A stretch of 64,000 nt of DNA from an uncultured delta proteobacterium. GTDB lineage: Bacteria; Myxococcota; Myxococcia; Myxococcales; Myxococcaceae. Numbering within the stretch: the first letter of the stretch is position 1; each line of letters begins with the position of its first letter. Location: positions 3,488,001 to 3,552,000 of the forward strand of contig CAWCKH010000004.1 of assembly GCA_963796055.1 (NCBI GenBank). Direction: 5' to 3'. The notes beneath the pieces are model-generated. The model had not been told where the DNA came from, did no database searches, and worked only from the letters and a program-made list of their open reading frames with translations. This document shows positions 61,161-64,000 of this stretch, in pieces. Both the position numbers and the translations under genes were made by a program.

Positions 61161-61742
61161 ATGCCGGCCAAGGGTTACAGCTGGTCCGACGCACCCCGCC
61201 TGGCGGCGCCCGAGCCCGCGCCGGGGCTCCCGCGCTGGGAGGCGCTGGCCATTGATGCGGTGGGCAACGTCATCGAGTTCTGGGGCTTCAAGCACAACCA
61301 GGGCCGGGTGTGGGCGGTGCTCTACCTCCGCGGCACGTCGATGACCGCCACCCAGCTCGAGGAGGAGCTGGGCCTGAGCAAGGGCGCGGTCTCGATGCTG
61401 GTCCGCGACCTCGAGCGGTGGGGGGTGGTGGTGCGCATCCGGCAGCCCGGCACCGGCGCCTGGCACTTCCGCGCGGAGACCGACCTGGTGCGGATGGTGA
61501 GCCGGGTCATCCAGGAGCGCGAGAACGCCTTCGTCTCCCGCATCCGAAAGGACCTGGAGGAAGCCAAGCGACTCGCCTCGGCCAGCGGCGTGGGGCGTGA
61601 CCGGCTGGCGCGGCTGGAGAAGCTCGCGGCGCTGGCCTCGGGCGCCGAGCGGGCGCTGCGCATCTTCCTCCGTACCGCGCGCGTGGACCTCTCCTCGCTC
61701 CTCGCCGCGCTGGGCGAGGGCAAGCTGCGGCCGAGGAGCTGA
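61161..61742 (+). CDS. GbsR/MarR family transcriptional regulator
   Basis: FWGFKHNQGRVWAVLYL..LEEELGLSKGAVSMLVRDLERWGVV..HFRAETD. Confidence 0.85.
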   Translation: MPAKGYSWSDAPRLAAPEPAPGLPRWEALAIDAVGNVIEFWGFKHNQGRVWAVLYLRGTSMTATQLEEELGLSKGAVSMLVRDLERWGVVVRIRQPGTGAWHFRAETDLVRMVSRVIQERENAFVSRIRKDLEEAKRLASASGVGRDRLARLEKLAALASGAERALRIFLRTARVDLSSLLAALGEGKLRPRS

Positions 61743-61954
61743 GCGGAGCGGCACGCAGGTCCTCCCCTGACCGTGCCCCGCGCTGCGGCTGCGCATCCTC
61801 GGCGTCCGGAGGCCCAACCCGCGCAGCGTCTGCGCGCTCCGGGGCGGCCGGCCCCTGCTCCGGAGGCCGTGCCGGCGAGGCGAGCGGCTTGCATCCCCCG
61901 CGTGGCCGCGGACATGCGAAGCAGAGTTCAACTCCAAACATTGCGAGGTCTCTG

Positions 61955-63709
61955 ATGCTCGAGGATCTCGTCGTCGGGCTGGCTGGCTCGGGCGGAGACG
62001 GAGTGGTGAGCGCGGGAGAGTCCCTCCTCGCCGCGGCCTCGTCCCAGGGCTTCTACGCCATGATGACCAAGAGCTTCGGCTCGCAGATCCGCGGAGGTGA
62101 GTCGTCCTGCCGGGTCCGGCTCTCCACCCGGAAGGTGCTCAACCCGGGCGGCGTGCTGGATGTGGCGGTGGCGCTCAACTGGGAGGACTTCCGCCGCTTC
62201 GGCGCCGAGCTGCCCATCGGACCGGACACCGTGCTCATCCACGAGACGAAGGCCGGGCCGCCCCCGGCCGATCTGGCACCGGCGGGCCGGATGCCGCGCG
62301 AGGTGATGGGCGTCCCGCTGGCCGAGCTGGCCAAGTCCTCGGCGGGGACCGATCGGGCCAAGACCAGTGTCGTCCTCGGGGTCATCTCCGGGCTCTTCGG
62401 GGTGCCGCGGGAGGCGCTGGAGCGCGGGCTCCAGAAGAAGTTCGGACAGAAGGGCGAGGGGCTGCTGGAGGCGAACCGCAAGGCGCTGGCCAGCGGCATC
62501 GCCTTTGCCGCGGAGCACCCTCTGGCCGCGCCCCGTTCGCTGGCCCGTCCGGCGGCGCCCTCGCCCAAGCTTCTGTGTGACGGAAACGAGATGTGCGCCT
62601 CGGCCGCCCTCTTCGCCGGCTGCGAGTTCTTCGGCGGCTACCCCATCACCCCGTCCACCGAGGTGATGCAGATGCTCTCCCGCGAGCTGCCGAAGTACGG
62701 CGGCGTGGTGCTCCAGGCCGAGGACGAGATCAGCGGCGTGGGCTCGGCGGTGGGCGCTTCCTTCGCCGGCAAGAAGTCCATGACCGCCACCTCGGGCCCC
62801 GGGATGTCCCTGAAGACCGAGGTGCTCGGCCTGGCCTCCATCGCCGAGCTGCCGCTGGTGCTCCTCAACGTGCAGCGGGGCGGGCCGTCCACCGGTCTTC
62901 CGACCAAGCCCGAGCAGGCGGATCTCTTCCAGGCGGCGTTCAGCGCGCACGGCGACGTGCTCCGGCCGGTGCTTGCCCCCACCGACGTCGAGGACACCTT
63001 CCGGCTCACCGTCGAGGCCTTCAACCTCGCCGAGAAGTACCAGACGCCGGTGGTCATCCTCTCGGACCAGGAGATTGCCCAGCGCAAGGAGACAGTGGAT
63101 CCCATCGACGTCTCGCGGCTCGAGGTGCTGGAACGGCTCCGGCCCACGCCCGAGCAGCTGGCGAAGGGGTACCAGCGCTTCCTGGACACTCCTTCCGGGG
63201 TGAGCCCGCTCAGCCACCCCGGGATGCAGGGCGGGAACTACCTGGCCGCCGGCATCGAGCACGACAGCAAGGGAGCCCCGACCGCGAGCGGGGCGGTGCA
63301 CGCAGCGATGAACAGGAAACGCTTCCGGAAGCTCGAGCCTCTCCAGGAGCGCGCCGACCTCTTCCATCGCGAGGGCCCGCCGGACGCGCCGCTGGCACTG
63401 GTGAGCTGGGGCAGCTCGGCCGGGGTGGCCCGCGAGGCGTTTGCCCTGGCCCGAGCGCGCGGATTGCCCGTCAAGCTCCTCGTTCCCTACCTCCTCTATC
63501 CGGTGGCCGAGCCGGTGTACCGGGACTTCTTCGCCGGGGTCCGCAGCGGGCTGGTGCTGGAGCTGTCGCACCAGGGGCAGCTCTACCGGGTGCTGCGGAT
63601 GTTCGTCGACGTGCCGGCAGGGGTGACCTCGTTCGCCCGCAGCGGGGCGCAGCCCTTCCGCGCCGACGAGGTGCTGGCCCGGCTGCAGCAGCTGGCGGAG
63701 GGTCTCTAG
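61955..63709 (+). CDS. 2-oxoacid:ferredoxin oxidoreductase alpha subunit (gamma-alpha fusion)
   Basis: GSGGDGV, IRGGES, GYPITPSTE, QAEDEI, TSGPG, QRGGPSTGLPTK. Confidence 0.94.
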   Translation: MLEDLVVGLAGSGGDGVVSAGESLLAAASSQGFYAMMTKSFGSQIRGGESSCRVRLSTRKVLNPGGVLDVAVALNWEDFRRFGAELPIGPDTVLIHETKAGPPPADLAPAGRMPREVMGVPLAELAKSSAGTDRAKTSVVLGVISGLFGVPREALERGLQKKFGQKGEGLLEANRKALASGIAFAAEHPLAAPRSLARPAAPSPKLLCDGNEMCASAALFAGCEFFGGYPITPSTEVMQMLSRELPKYGGVVLQAEDEISGVGSAVGASFAGKKSMTATSGPGMSLKTEVLGLASIAELPLVLLNVQRGGPSTGLPTKPEQADLFQAAFSAHGDVLRPVLAPTDVEDTFRLTVEAFNLAEKYQTPVVILSDQEIAQRKETVDPIDVSRLEVLERLRPTPEQLAKGYQRFLDTPSGVSPLSHPGMQGGNYLAAGIEHDSKGAPTASGAVHAAMNRKRFRKLEPLQERADLFHREGPPDAPLALVSWGSSAGVAREAFALARARGLPVKLLVPYLLYPVAEPVYRDFFAGVRSGLVLELSHQGQLYRVLRMFVDVPAGVTSFARSGAQPFRADEVLARLQQLAEGL

Positions 63710-64000
63710 ATGGACGCCTTTCTCGCCCCCAACGACTACAAGAGCCCGCTCAAGCCCATCTGGTGTCCGGGCTGCGGCGACTACGGGGTGGTACAGGCGC
63801 TGTACCGGGCCTTGAGCGCGGTCGGCCGGTCGCCGCACGAGATCGCCTTCATCTCCGGCATCGGGTGCAGCAGCCGCATCCCGGGCTACACCACCGCCTA
63901 CGGCTTCAACAGCGTCCACGGCCGCGCGCTCCCCATCGCCCAGGGAGTGAAGCTCGCCAACCCGGACCTCCTGGTGGTGGTGGCGGGCGGGGACGGCGAT
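63710..64000 (+). CDS. 2-oxoacid:ferredoxin oxidoreductase beta subunit (partial)
   Basis: MDAFLAPNDYKSPLKPIWCPGCGDYG..SGIGCSSR..HGRALP..GGDGD. Confidence 0.93.
   Translation, partial: MDAFLAPNDYKSPLKPIWCPGCGDYGVVQALYRALSAVGRSPHEIAFISGIGCSSRIPGYTTAYGFNSVHGRALPIAQGVKLANPDLLVVVAGGDGD

Noticed and set aside
61926..61943. GTTCAAC upstream of the oxidoreductase as a third men operator
   Set aside because: Only an imperfect left arm; the right arm is absent

Overview
Very GC-rich bacterial DNA, most likely a myxobacterium (Myxococcota; inferred from the FHA-sigma54 activator, the zinc-ribbon-type integrase and the lepA-lepB-pyrB-pyrC-carA neighbourhood). A tRNA-Arg(CCT) at 28661-28734 with an adjacent truncated tyrosine integrase divides the window. 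The left ~28.6 kb looks like an immobilised genomic island. It carries a putative kinase/FHA-sigma54 activator module and an aromatic-catabolism cluster (acyl-CoA ligase, flavin monooxygenase, VOC dioxygenase, FAH, TetR). It also carries a ~16.4 kb minus-strand block: NTT-like transporter, TetR, TolC-MFP-RND, winged-HTH, a second very similar TetR, KirBac channel, ECF sigma, NTT-HEAT transporter, tandem cNMP-domain protein and a CinA/NadD-like enzyme. Four putative promoter regions of that block share five copies of an 18-bp palindrome. The right part is mostly core genome: mlaC, tRNA nucleotidyltransferase, mnmA, sppA, HIT, lapB-like, SPOR, RHH, nucleotide-sugar enzymes, lepA/lepB, pyrB/pyrC/carA and a classical menaquinone cluster (menG, DAHP synthase, menFDHBACE, polyprenyl synthase, GbsR/MarR-type regulator with a repeated 18-bp palindrome), ending in a 2-oxoacid:ferredoxin oxidoreductase. 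Two single-base insertions (CBS gene, carA) probably reflect sequencing error. All functional calls come from motif recognition by eye; no searches were run.
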